Source of the DNA: a virus
Strand: one strand, 5' to 3'
Length of the DNA: 64,000 bases
Virus record (IMG/VR): IMGVR_UViG_3300013132_000031
Location: 1-64,000 of that record
The translations under genes were made by a program, and so were the position numbers. The notes under the pieces were generated by a model. The model was not told the origin of the DNA. It did not search any database and saw nothing but the letters and a program-made list of their open reading frames with translations. Shown here in pieces: positions 1-8,765 of the stretch; within the stretch, counting starts at the first letter, position 1, and every line of letters starts with the position of its first letter.

Positions 1-123
1 ACCCTGCGCACATTTTCAAACAAAGATCTTGAAATCCTGCACGGACCGGTGTGCAGTTTGATAGACATTGCTCGCAAAAAGAGCAAAAGAAAATCGATTA
101 CACTGGTTCGTCGACTTGATTGA
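1..123 (+). CDS. C-terminal fragment of a hypothetical protein, truncated by the window edge
   Basis: Frame 1 is open from base 1 (TLRTFSNKDLEILHGPVCSLIDIARKKSKRKSITLVRRLD) to TGA at 121-123. It overlaps the next gene convergently. Translated by hand. Confidence 0.6.
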   Translation, partial: TLRTFSNKDLEILHGPVCSLIDIARKKSKRKSITLVRRLD

Positions 124-676
124 GAATGTTCATATGTAGTGCAACTAATGCCGCGTAAGAAATTGAGTGGCTCTGTTTAAACGTATACCCACGCGATTCA
201 TCTCCATCCCATACTGACGCAAATACTTCTGCCCAGGGTCGACGTTGTAGGTGAGCCTTGCCTGGTCTAATTATACTAATAAACGCAGCCATCCTGGGTA
301 TGCTGTCAGGTTGCATTGCTGCCAACAAGTCCACATAATTGCCGATGTGAACCAGTTGCCGAGTCCAGACTGGATCTGTCCACAGTCGCGACCACGGAGG
401 TGTGGCTGATAGCATGTCTTCATAGTGCGAGGGATCGCGGATCAATTGGTACACACTCATGTTTAGCAGGTCAATTTTGAAGTAGCCACGCTGTTCTGCT
501 GACTCATAGTCTATGGCAGCACAGCCATGTTCTACGTCCCGGGGAATGTCTGTGACATAAATACCTGAATTGTGCCGGCGTGGCTGACCGTCTACCACCT
601 GTCTGGCAGCGGTATATTGAATCAGTTCTAAAATTTTATAACGATCTGGAACATCCAAATCTATGTCTGCACTCAT
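98..676 (-). CDS. Miniature DnaE/PolC-family (DNA polymerase III alpha) catalytic-core protein
   Basis: Motifs ADIDLD, HNSGIYV, GYFKIDLL, ISIIRPG and GYTFKQSHSISYA match, in order, the DnaE motifs PDxDxD, HAxGxVI, GLxKxDFL, xALxRPG and GYGFNKSHAxAY. Only 192 aa. Confidence 0.8.
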   Translation of the reverse strand: MSADIDLDVPDRYKILELIQYTAARQVVDGQPRRHNSGIYVTDIPRDVEHGCAAIDYESAEQRGYFKIDLLNMSVYQLIRDPSHYEDMLSATPPWSRLWTDPVWTRQLVHIGNYVDLLAAMQPDSIPRMAAFISIIRPGKAHLQRRPWAEVFASVWDGDESRGYTFKQSHSISYAALVALHMNILNQVDEPV

Positions 677-724
677 ACCTTACACAGCGCCACTTTGCTG
701 ACTGTGTTGATTGATTTGATCATG

Positions 725-1414
725 TTACCATCCTGCTTGTTTCAATATTTCTCGAGCATACTCAGCATCAGCTGCATAGTCTGAGAACTTTTTTTGCCAT
801 ATATCCGAATCTATGTAAGGCCATATCATGGCCACTTGATCTGAAGACAGTTCACCCAAGAACTTTTGTCCCGATTCTGAATTGTATATCACCCAAGGAC
901 TGATTCGGCCTGTTGTGACAGCATGGCACATGGCATGTGGGCTGCCATAACGCAAACAATCGTTGGCAGCGGCTGAGTGCTGTTCACCCCAGTCTATACC
1001 AAACTCCACTGCTCGTGCAAGTGCATCTGCCACTGTTTCTACTTTCAAGTAATCCAATAGATAATCAGTGTAGATTTTGTCACTACCCCAATTGTCAATT
1101 TTCTTGTTGTGTTTCAGCAGCCATTCCAAGAACTGTCTGGGATTGATTACTCTAGTGGCAAAACAATATCTACCAAATTTTACGAATGCTCGGTAGTAAG
1201 GAGAATCAGCAAAGTTGTCAAAGGTTTTTAACTTTGCACTGCCTTGTGCTATTTCATAGAATCTGATGTAGGCCTGAAATCCCAGTTCCACACCACGTTC
1301 TGACTTTTCTGATCTACGACGTTTGGGCTCGCACATGTGCACGGCCATGCTTTCATGCCGCTTGAAAGTCCGGTGACAGTAGCCACAGGTCAGTTCACTT
1401 AGTGTCTCGGCCAT
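725..1414 (-). CDS. Hypothetical protein with N-terminal C2H2-type zinc finger
   Basis: CGYCHRTFKRHESMAVHMC near the N-terminus. The ATG at 1414 is preferred over the TTG start in the ORF track. Confidence 0.7.
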   Translation of the reverse strand: MAETLSELTCGYCHRTFKRHESMAVHMCEPKRRRSEKSERGVELGFQAYIRFYEIAQGSAKLKTFDNFADSPYYRAFVKFGRYCFATRVINPRQFLEWLLKHNKKIDNWGSDKIYTDYLLDYLKVETVADALARAVEFGIDWGEQHSAAANDCLRYGSPHAMCHAVTTGRISPWVIYNSESGQKFLGELSSDQVAMIWPYIDSDIWQKKFSDYAADAEYAREILKQAGW

Positions 1415-1841
1415 GATCTCGAATGTACTGGTCAATTTCTTTTTTGGTTGTAATCTTGGCCAACAAATCTATTTCATCCGGTTTGTATGTGGGAAACAAT
1501 TCAGCCAGTTGTTTTTTCACAGCCGACGCACCTGCTTCTTTCTTTTTGGGTGAGATCCAATTGTGTCTGGGTGTGCCCATGTCTGGACTCACAGCAGTGG
1601 CACATAACCATTGCAGTTCAGGGTGCTGATTGATTGTGAAAAAGTGTTTGTTGAGTCGTTCATTGGTGGCAATCAAATAGAATTCTTGCATGTCTTTACT
1701 GCCTTCCACGCACGACGCCCAACGAATCATGAGATAGTTTGAGAACTTCTTGCGTTCTTCTTCTGTAAGTTCGCGATAGAAGTTTCTGTTTTTGCGATCC
1801 AGTTGTCGCATCTCATTCACAATGTTTAGTTTATCACTCAT
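1395..1841 (-). CDS. Putative clamp-loader small subunit (T4 gp62-like)
   Basis: 148 aa. The FSNYLMIRWAS...NERLNKHFF...WISPKKK pattern and the size resemble the gp62 family. Confidence 0.55.
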   Translation of the reverse strand: MSDKLNIVNEMRQLDRKNRNFYRELTEEERKKFSNYLMIRWASCVEGSKDMQEFYLIATNERLNKHFFTINQHPELQWLCATAVSPDMGTPRHNWISPKKKEAGASAVKKQLAELFPTYKPDEIDLLAKITTKKEIDQYIRDHGRDTK

Positions 1842-2551
1842 CGTTCAAATACCAGTCTAACATTTCCATCCAACCAGTTATCCAAGATATCTAAATTCAC
1901 ATCAAAAATTAAGTATTTGCAAGGCAAATTATCTAGCTGCGATCTTACGTACGATTCGTAATCTATTAGATGTACACTAGGCCTTGAAATACTCTCATGG
2001 TCAATCATGCGTTGTATGTTTACTGAAAGAAATCCTCGACCACCAGGTGCTACCATACTAATAAATTCTTCGTATACCAAACGAAGTTCAGTCAATGGTC
2101 TAAAATGCAAAGAATTGATTGAAAACACTGATTCAAAAAAAATCTGATGATTTCTAACATATTCTTTATCAATTAACTCTTCTATATCAGGATAAACTCT
2201 CCAACCTAGCCAATCAGGCTTGACCAGCAAAGGTCTAGTATGACTATAGCTCTTGTCAACTCCAATGATATTAGGAATATATTTTTTAAACAAGTTAGCC
2301 CCACATCCTAAATCATATATTGAATTTGGATTTTTTTCCAACAAATATCTCAAATAATAAAATGGTGTCATGGAAAATCCTGCATTGGTACCAGCTGCCA
2401 TTTGTCTAGGAGTGATGCTATCAAAAGATTTAATAAATTGTTGATCCCACCATAAATTATTAAAATCTTTGGCGACACTACGACATATATCTGTAGATTC
2501 AAATTCTTTTTTAAATTGTACAGGATCGTAAGGATGAATATTTTGTTTCAT
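1838..2551 (-). CDS. Class I SAM-dependent methyltransferase-like protein (AT-rich)
   Basis: IYDLGCG motif I, SINSLHF and VAPGGRG. Confidence 0.7.
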   Translation of the reverse strand: MKQNIHPYDPVQFKKEFESTDICRSVAKDFNNLWWDQQFIKSFDSITPRQMAAGTNAGFSMTPFYYLRYLLEKNPNSIYDLGCGANLFKKYIPNIIGVDKSYSHTRPLLVKPDWLGWRVYPDIEELIDKEYVRNHQIFFESVFSINSLHFRPLTELRLVYEEFISMVAPGGRGFLSVNIQRMIDHESISRPSVHLIDYESYVRSQLDNLPCKYLIFDVNLDILDNWLDGNVRLVFER

Positions 2552-2847
2552 TTGTCTACCTTGATTAACCGGTATATCATTATAACACGTTCCAGGGCAT
2601 CTTGTAAAGCAGGCGTGGTCTTGGCCAGCCGCCGGATGTCAGCCCACATTTTATTTTCCTGGAGGTGATCAAACAAGGGCCTGCCATCTGATGTTCTGCT
2701 ATCGTAATCAATGTGATGCCCAGTCACAGGATCATATGAATGGCCTATTAACCGTCGAGTGCTGGGCTCAGCACCTGACTCACGGGCATACACTTCATTG
2801 CCCACACGCTCATAGATATATGTGGCACCGGGCTTAAGAGTTCCCAT
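2548..2847 (-). CDS. Hypothetical protein
   Basis: ORF track. The likely start is MGTLKPG at 2847. Confidence 0.65.
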   Translation of the reverse strand: MGTLKPGATYIYERVGNEVYARESGAEPSTRRLIGHSYDPVTGHHIDYDSRTSDGRPLFDHLQENKMWADIRRLAKTTPALQDALERVIMIYRLIKVDK

Positions 2848-2977
2848 ACCGGTATCCATATTGAGTATAAGCCCAGCGTAGGAAGCGTTCTAGTCCTTCC
2901 TGATCTTCTGGGTAACTTTCCAGATAAATCTTCACCAAGCGATTGAATGTTTCAAATATTTGGGGTTCAGTGTACAT
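2834..2977 (-). CDS. Small hypothetical protein, 47 aa (below the ORF-track cutoff)
   Basis: MYTEPQIFETFNRLVKIYLESYPEDQEGLERFLRWAYTQYGYRYGNS*. It exactly fills the gap and overlaps both neighbours. Confidence 0.6.
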   Translation of the reverse strand: MYTEPQIFETFNRLVKIYLESYPEDQEGLERFLRWAYTQYGYRYGNS

Positions 2978-3668
2978 CTGTCTTTATAAAAATATAATCA
3001 TGTTTTGCTACCTTTGCAACACAATTGTAGCCTAGTTCATTTAATATTGTCACAGGATCAGGCATATCGATGTGTTGCCGATCTCTAATGCTTAGTTTAT
3101 TTTCTAACATTATTACTGGAGAATTGTTTTCTAAAAATTTTCTAGCACCATCTAATACGTACCCTTCATGACTGTCAACGTCAATTTTAAAAAAATCAAT
3201 ATTTTCAAAATTATAATCATCTAGTCTAATTGATTCGACTGCAATGGATGTTTGTTGATAAATTTCAGGAACATTGCCTTCAACAGTGTTTATCCATCCA
3301 CTGAATGTACCAGAACCATTGAACAGCAATTTCTGACCTGTAACATTGCTCAAACCTTTGTTGTATACCACAACGTTTTCAACTGTTTTTTCTTGTAAAT
3401 TCCTAATGCAACATTCATATACCACAGGATTTGGTTCAAATCCAATTACATGTGCAAATCGTCGACACATATATTCAGTGCTATCACCAATCCAGGTGCC
3501 AACATCAATGGCTCGATCAAAGTTTAAAACTTTTTCAAATGCTTGGTCTAACGAAGTATAGCATTGAAAATTATCTGACATAATCATATTCATTAATCTG
3601 CCACTGGCAACTTCAACATTCCACCAATTGCCGTCTTTTTTAATATTGTTAAACGCATACATAGGCAT
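2967..3668 (-). CDS. FkbM-family methyltransferase (AT-rich)
   Basis: AIDVGTWIG, VIGFEPN and IDFFKIDVDSHEGYVLDG. TGATG coupling to the upstream gene. Confidence 0.85.
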   Translation of the reverse strand: MPMYAFNNIKKDGNWWNVEVASGRLMNMIMSDNFQCYTSLDQAFEKVLNFDRAIDVGTWIGDSTEYMCRRFAHVIGFEPNPVVYECCIRNLQEKTVENVVVYNKGLSNVTGQKLLFNGSGTFSGWINTVEGNVPEIYQQTSIAVESIRLDDYNFENIDFFKIDVDSHEGYVLDGARKFLENNSPVIMLENKLSIRDRQHIDMPDPVTILNELGYNCVAKVAKHDYIFIKTDVH

Positions 3669-4168
3669 CACCATGATTTATTGTAGTCTACTATCTCACA
3701 ATTGCGGCTGATGTCTTTTACAAAGTACACACAGTCTGGATCTGGATCATCGTCTAATGGCACTGCCAACAACTGTCCATTTTTCAGTTTGGGCGCATAC
3801 CATGCTACTTCGTGATACACATCCAAGATTTCAATGTCAGGGAAACTGGGGCGGAAACTTGTGAGTGGATTGAACTGAAACACTCTAAAGCCACGATCAT
3901 TGATTGATGTCAATGGCAACACTTCCAAATCACCTATTTCGGGTTCTCCTATGAGTATTTGCCAGTCCATGGGCATCTTGATGGTGTTTTCTCCAATGCG
4001 TAGCACAAGTGCAGGAGCATTGAAACTTTCCAAAAAGATCAGCGGAATAAAATGATAGTCTGGCTCTTGTGGATTTGAGTTGTCTAGTATGGCAAATCGC
4101 ATGTCATCTACTTCTTCAGGCAGGTGATCTAGATCGTAATGAATGTTGTCTAGGGTTAAAATTCGCAT
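3668..4168 (-). CDS. Hypothetical protein
   Basis: 166-aa ORF in operon context; no recognised motif. Confidence 0.7.
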   Translation of the reverse strand: MRILTLDNIHYDLDHLPEEVDDMRFAILDNSNPQEPDYHFIPLIFLESFNAPALVLRIGENTIKMPMDWQILIGEPEIGDLEVLPLTSINDRGFRVFQFNPLTSFRPSFPDIEILDVYHEVAWYAPKLKNGQLLAVPLDDDPDPDCVYFVKDISRNCEIVDYNKSW

Positions 4169-4191
4169 GTGTTTAGTTTACAGGGTTTGTG

Positions 4192-5091
4192 TCAATAAGT
4201 CAACCGCCAGTTGCGTATCTGCGGATCATAACGAAACTCAATGTCGGTGGTGGCTCCCATGATGTGTTTGCTGATATTGCCAAACCAAACATCTCTACAG
4301 TCCATTATTATCTCGCCGTATTTGGCTTGCCAAAAAAACACCACATACATGCTGTGTTGGAATTTTTTCACGTCATTGAAGGGGATAGTGACAGTGATGT
4401 CTGACTCAGTGTTAAACTGATTTAAATCAATAGTGATGGGTCGAGTTTGATAATATTTTGTCAGTTTTAGATCAGTAAACTGTGGCAACATTGTAAACAA
4501 TCTATTGAGTTGATTGGCCCGGTAACGTGGGTCATTCAAGCTGTGCTGTTGTTGAAAATCAGTATTAATGATTTTGGCAAAAGCAGGATCAACATCAATG
4601 TCAGGTTGATATTCAAATGCTTCTGATCCTGATTGATCGACTACAAATATTGGATGCATTTGATACACTTCTGCATGAATTTGAAATTGTCCGGGTATGA
4701 ACTCGCCGCCATGTCGCTGTGCATGGTTGGATAATTTTATTATATCTTCGCCGAATATTTGTGTGTTGATAGTTTCTGACACGTACACATCTGCTTTGAT
4801 GTCAAGGTTGAGAAAATCCCCGTGGATCAATTCAATGCGGTCGGTCATCTGCAATTTTTCAATGATTGATTTGGCATATTGATATCTTTGCAAATCTCTT
4901 TCAACTGCAATCACGTGCTTTGCTCCAGCATGTGCTGCCAGCACACTTAAAAATCCTGTGCCTGTGCCAATGTCGCATACTGTTTTCCCTGGTACTGCTG
5001 CTTCAATAGCAGTTTTATAAAAAATATTCCGCCCAGTGTCATTGAGCATGGGCATGAATATTCCGTCATCGTTAAACCAATCCATGCTCAT
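4192..5091 (-). CDS. Protein-arginine-methyltransferase-like (PRMT-like) SAM methyltransferase
   Basis: MLNDTGRN..Y, VCDIGTGTGFLSVLAAHAGAKHVIAVE, and ADVYVSETINTQIFGEDI resembling the PRMT double-E loop. Confidence 0.7.
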   Translation of the reverse strand: MSMDWFNDDGIFMPMLNDTGRNIFYKTAIEAAVPGKTVCDIGTGTGFLSVLAAHAGAKHVIAVERDLQRYQYAKSIIEKLQMTDRIELIHGDFLNLDIKADVYVSETINTQIFGEDIIKLSNHAQRHGGEFIPGQFQIHAEVYQMHPIFVVDQSGSEAFEYQPDIDVDPAFAKIINTDFQQQHSLNDPRYRANQLNRLFTMLPQFTDLKLTKYYQTRPITIDLNQFNTESDITVTIPFNDVKKFQHSMYVVFFWQAKYGEIIMDCRDVWFGNISKHIMGATTDIEFRYDPQIRNWRLTY

Positions 5092-5678
5092 AATTCAATC
5101 TCCAAAGGGTATTGCATAATTACACCGCAATCTAGTGTTTGATGTACCACTTGCCAGCCTTGTGCCTTTAAGTAAACCACAACAGGTCCGCATTTGCCAA
5201 TCCAGCAATCGTTGATGCAGTAAGTGTCATCCATGACTATTGTGCTATGCCGATTTAAACAACCACGCAGTGCAAGAATCTGTGCCATGTGTTCTGTTTG
5301 ACAGGCTTGGTTGCTCATCACTTGTCCACGACTGTTGTATTCTTCCATTTGCCTTTGTATAGCCGGACGTATGTCATTTATGTCCCAGATATAATCAAAA
5401 TTGTCCAAGTACAGGCATGCAATATCTGTGGGTATGTTGCCAAAATCCTGAGCCCATGCACTGCCCGGAGCCACAACAAATTCCACATCAGGCAATTGTG
5501 TTTGATATCTGTTTTTTGCTGAGTCAGAAATGTCCACACTGATCAACTTGGTGCCGTGCAGTTTGGCCAGTCTGTCCAGTTCATGTGTGCTGCCTTCGCC
5601 GCGCTCTGACCCAATTTCCACAAACACACCCGAAGTTGGTTTGACAAAATTTTTTATTTCTTTAAATATGGTGCCCAT
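5088..5678 (-). CDS. Methyltransferase-like protein
   Basis: FVEIGSERGEGST, LISVD, LYLD and IVMDD. Likely start MGTIFK at 5678. Confidence 0.6.
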   Translation of the reverse strand: MGTIFKEIKNFVKPTSGVFVEIGSERGEGSTHELDRLAKLHGTKLISVDISDSAKNRYQTQLPDVEFVVAPGSAWAQDFGNIPTDIACLYLDNFDYIWDINDIRPAIQRQMEEYNSRGQVMSNQACQTEHMAQILALRGCLNRHSTIVMDDTYCINDCWIGKCGPVVVYLKAQGWQVVHQTLDCGVIMQYPLEIEL

Positions 5679-6345
5679 TGAGTTTGTCCTTGATATATCG
5701 ATCAATGTTGGCAGCAACAATTTCTTGTGTGGCTCGATCTGTGTGAAATGGAGTATCGTAGTTGGTGTTGGCGTCACTAAATTCATAGGCCACTGCACCT
5801 ATTGTTTCATCATTGAATTTAATTGGCAAGATACCGTGTTCTATTGTGCGTTTGTGCCAGTAATCCAGCAACCACCCATCAATGATCTGTTGTAGTCCTT
5901 CATCAAACATGTATTTGATACGCAACTTCAATGCCAACACTTGTTCGTGACTCAACAAAGCATTTTGTTCTGCTCCTTGCCACACAGTAGACAACACCGG
6001 AGAGCTCTGATTTCCTACCAAGTCGCTGTGTGTGGATGGATGATGCACATTGTGATAATAAAAATTTTTCAAACCGCGGCGGTCATCGAACCCTGACCTG
6101 ATCATTTCAAATCTGCCAGACCATGTTTGATTGTACACAATCACATCCACTTGTTGATTCACAGCTTCTTGTATTTGAAACGCTATGGCAGTGTTGCTGA
6201 ATCCGCCGTGTGCTAAATGCAATACTTCATAGCCATACACATCTTCCAAAATCTGACTGAAGTGCGCACGTTTTCCTGCGCCTGTTTTGACCAAATCCTC
6301 AGTACAGGCTGTGCAAAAACTATCTCCGCATACTGCTATTTTCAT
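5662..6345 (-). CDS. SGNH/GDSL hydrolase-like protein
   Basis: MKIAVCGDSF block I, LAHGGFSN block II and a C-terminal FH. ATGA overlap with the uvsW stop. Confidence 0.65.
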   Translation of the reverse strand: MKIAVCGDSFCTACTEDLVKTGAGKRAHFSQILEDVYGYEVLHLAHGGFSNTAIAFQIQEAVNQQVDVIVYNQTWSGRFEMIRSGFDDRRGLKNFYYHNVHHPSTHSDLVGNQSSPVLSTVWQGAEQNALLSHEQVLALKLRIKYMFDEGLQQIIDGWLLDYWHKRTIEHGILPIKFNDETIGAVAYEFSDANTNYDTPFHTDRATQEIVAANIDRYIKDKLNGHHI

Positions 6346-7811
6346 CCCAGTTTCATCCAATCCAGTTTCTCTTGTGTAAAAGGATAGTTGGCTTCTTTGT
6401 AAAATTGTTTGCGCTTGGTCAAGTGACGCTTGGCAAATTTGCACGTTGATGTTATGTCCCAGATTTGAACATGGTCTTTGTCTTCTGCTCGGCGTATGCC
6501 ACGACCAATACTCTGGATGACTCTAACAAAGCTCTTGCCAGGTTCAACAAGCACAAGATTAAAAATCCTAGGAATATTAATACCCACGGCAGCAACACCA
6601 TAAGTTGCCACAATAATTTTATCGGTTGCATCAGCCACTTCGTCATATTCTGCTTGCCTTTTTGCGCCCTTGGTTGCTCCTGATATAAAAACAGCACGGT
6701 CGCCTAGACGTTCCGCCAAGGCTTGACCAGCTGCCACACGGTCCACCAGCACCAAGGTATTGCCAGTTTCATTTACACGCTGTACAAGATCAGCCATGGT
6801 GTCCAAGCGTCCAGACTCTTCCAGCAGGTATCGGAGTTCGCTTTGATAGTCTCGGTACTCCACATGATCAATTAGTTGCACAATGTTCACATGGCAGCGG
6901 GCCAGCACACCTTGTTGTTGCAATTCGTTGGCACTGAGTCTGCCAATCACAGGACCTAAACTGACCAGCAGTGCTTGGCTTTCAAACTTTTCTTTGGGCA
7001 CTGTGCCAGTCAATCCCCAGCGAATTGGCACCCTTGCCATGACACCTGTGAGCAAGGTTTTCAAGGCATCTGCCTTGGCCATGTGTACTTCGTCTACTAT
7101 CACACATATCACATCTTCCAGGAATTCGCCTATGGTGCAGTCGCCCACTCCTGCCTTGGTATTCTTCAAGAGATTGTTGAGGCTTTGCCATGTGCATATT
7201 GTGTGCTGACGTCCGTATTCTTTTCTATCTCCAAAGTACACGCCCACATCCTGTTGCATGTTGATATAATCTGCTTCGGTCTGTGTCACAAGACTCTTGT
7301 TGGGCACAATAACAATACTGCGTCCATAAGGAGTAACAGCATTGCTCAAGGCCGCTGTCATGATTGTTTTACCTGCACCTGTGGCCACTTCTTGTATGCA
7401 CTGCGGGTTGGCCAAAAAGTTGTTGATGATTTCCACTTGATAGTCACGTAGGGTGATAGGCTCACCTGCAGCCGGATGTGTTCGAGGCCACTTCACATGT
7501 TCAAAACTTGTTTCAGTCACTTGCTCAAAATTGAATGTGTTTGAGTAGTCGCGTTGGTCATCCAATTCAATGTCATAATTGAACCTCTCCAATATGGGCA
7601 TGATCTCTGGCAACAGGTTCACATAGGTACTGCCACCAAGTTGGAAATATGCTACCTTGCCGTCCCAACGACCCAGTCGCACTGCTGGCAAATAACGTGC
7701 GGCAGGGTTTTCGTATTTGAAAGCTGTGACTAGGGCCTTGCGAGCATCCAAGTCTAGGCCTTCGATCTTGATGTTTACTTCGTCTTTAATAACAATAGTT
7801 GCTTGTTTCAA
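6342..7811 (-). CDS. uvsW: UvsW-like SF2 DNA helicase
   Basis: LRDYQ, ATGAGKT, DEVH, GLTGT and QSIGRGIR. The TTG start overlaps the upstream stop. Confidence 0.9.
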   Translation of the reverse strand: MKQATIVIKDEVNIKIEGLDLDARKALVTAFKYENPAARYLPAVRLGRWDGKVAYFQLGGSTYVNLLPEIMPILERFNYDIELDDQRDYSNTFNFEQVTETSFEHVKWPRTHPAAGEPITLRDYQVEIINNFLANPQCIQEVATGAGKTIMTAALSNAVTPYGRSIVIVPNKSLVTQTEADYINMQQDVGVYFGDRKEYGRQHTICTWQSLNNLLKNTKAGVGDCTIGEFLEDVICVIVDEVHMAKADALKTLLTGVMARVPIRWGLTGTVPKEKFESQALLVSLGPVIGRLSANELQQQGVLARCHVNIVQLIDHVEYRDYQSELRYLLEESGRLDTMADLVQRVNETGNTLVLVDRVAAGQALAERLGDRAVFISGATKGAKRQAEYDEVADATDKIIVATYGVAAVGINIPRIFNLVLVEPGKSFVRVIQSIGRGIRRAEDKDHVQIWDITSTCKFAKRHLTKRKQFYKEANYPFTQEKLDWMKLG

Positions 7812-8665
7812 AATATTTTTACTTCACGCACAAGTTGTTGTGACCTTATTTGGGATATTAGGTGTTCCTGAGTGCCTGCATATTCTAAATCTGCCACAGG
7901 AAATCGCAATGGTAGTGCTTGTACATTATACACATTTTCAATGCTGTGAGCAAGAAAAAATTCTTGATGTTGCTGAATGTATTGTTGCATGCCGGACAGT
8001 TTTTGATTTAGGTCTTGATCGTAAAATGCCACATTAAAATCTGCACTGTAGTGGCCAAATGGCCGGAATGCATCATTTTCTATGTATATATCATTGTCGT
8101 GTGCAAGGTCTTCCACAGTCTTGCCAATCTCACAGTAGTTGAGATACACTGTACCAAATTTGATTTGTAATTCGCCATGTGTTTGTATTGTTTCAACGTC
8201 TAACTGTTTGGTCTTGGGCATGCCAAACCAAGTGCAAACGAATCTTGGGCAAGGTGCAACCATGGCTGTTTCACATCTATGCACGGCTAAATTTAAATTG
8301 GCCAATGCTTGTCTAACTGTGTCGGGTGCTGAGTGCCAATATTTAGATGTTTGCTGATCTAGTAGACCGTGATAGCGTTCAAATATATTGTGCAGATAAT
8401 TGAGACCATCTTGTGTGTATTCAAACTCTCGATCAATAATTGGATCATGTGCATTGATTGTGACAATGCATTGTTGAATCATGTCAACTGCACGTTGTTG
8501 TTCTTGTTGGGCGGTGTGGAATCCGTAAAACCTATCTGGATTGTCCATGGGCCAAGCATGCCGCATGCGCATGCGTTCAATCCACAACTCAGCCAAGAGT
8601 GTGTCTCTTATTTGAAAACGTAGTTCAAGATCATGGCCTAATTTGATTACAAGGTACTGAGACAT
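7808..8665 (-). CDS. Hypothetical protein
   Basis: ORF track. The ATG at 8665 lies 5 nt downstream of a -10 box. Confidence 0.7.
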   Translation of the reverse strand: MSQYLVIKLGHDLELRFQIRDTLLAELWIERMRMRHAWPMDNPDRFYGFHTAQQEQQRAVDMIQQCIVTINAHDPIIDREFEYTQDGLNYLHNIFERYHGLLDQQTSKYWHSAPDTVRQALANLNLAVHRCETAMVAPCPRFVCTWFGMPKTKQLDVETIQTHGELQIKFGTVYLNYCEIGKTVEDLAHDNDIYIENDAFRPFGHYSADFNVAFYDQDLNQKLSGMQQYIQQHQEFFLAHSIENVYNVQALPLRFPVADLEYAGTQEHLISQIRSQQLVREVKIF

Positions 8666-8670
8666 AGCAC

Positions 8671-8699
8671 AGTATATACTCTTGCAAAACAAAAGTCAA
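8671..8699 (-). promoter_or_regulatory. Sigma70-type promoter
   Basis: TTGACT-17 nt-TATACT. Confidence 0.7.
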
Positions 8700-8723
8700 A
8701 AAAACAGGGACCACAGTCCCTGT
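8698..8723 (-). terminator. Rho-independent terminator
   Basis: ACAGGGAC-TGTG-GTCCCTGT followed by a T run on the minus strand. Confidence 0.8.
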
Positions 8724-8730
8724 GTAAAAA

Positions 8731-8758
8731 CCCGAGGCGGAGCCAACCAATCCTCGGG
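8731..8758 (-). ncRNA. Candidate regulatory RNA hairpin with anti-RBS loop
   Basis: Stem CCCGAGG/CCTCGGG. The loop ATTGGTTGGCTCCG is complementary to the GGAGCCA(A/G)CAAT leaders of nearby genes. Confidence 0.45.
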
Positions 8759-8765
8759 GTAAACC

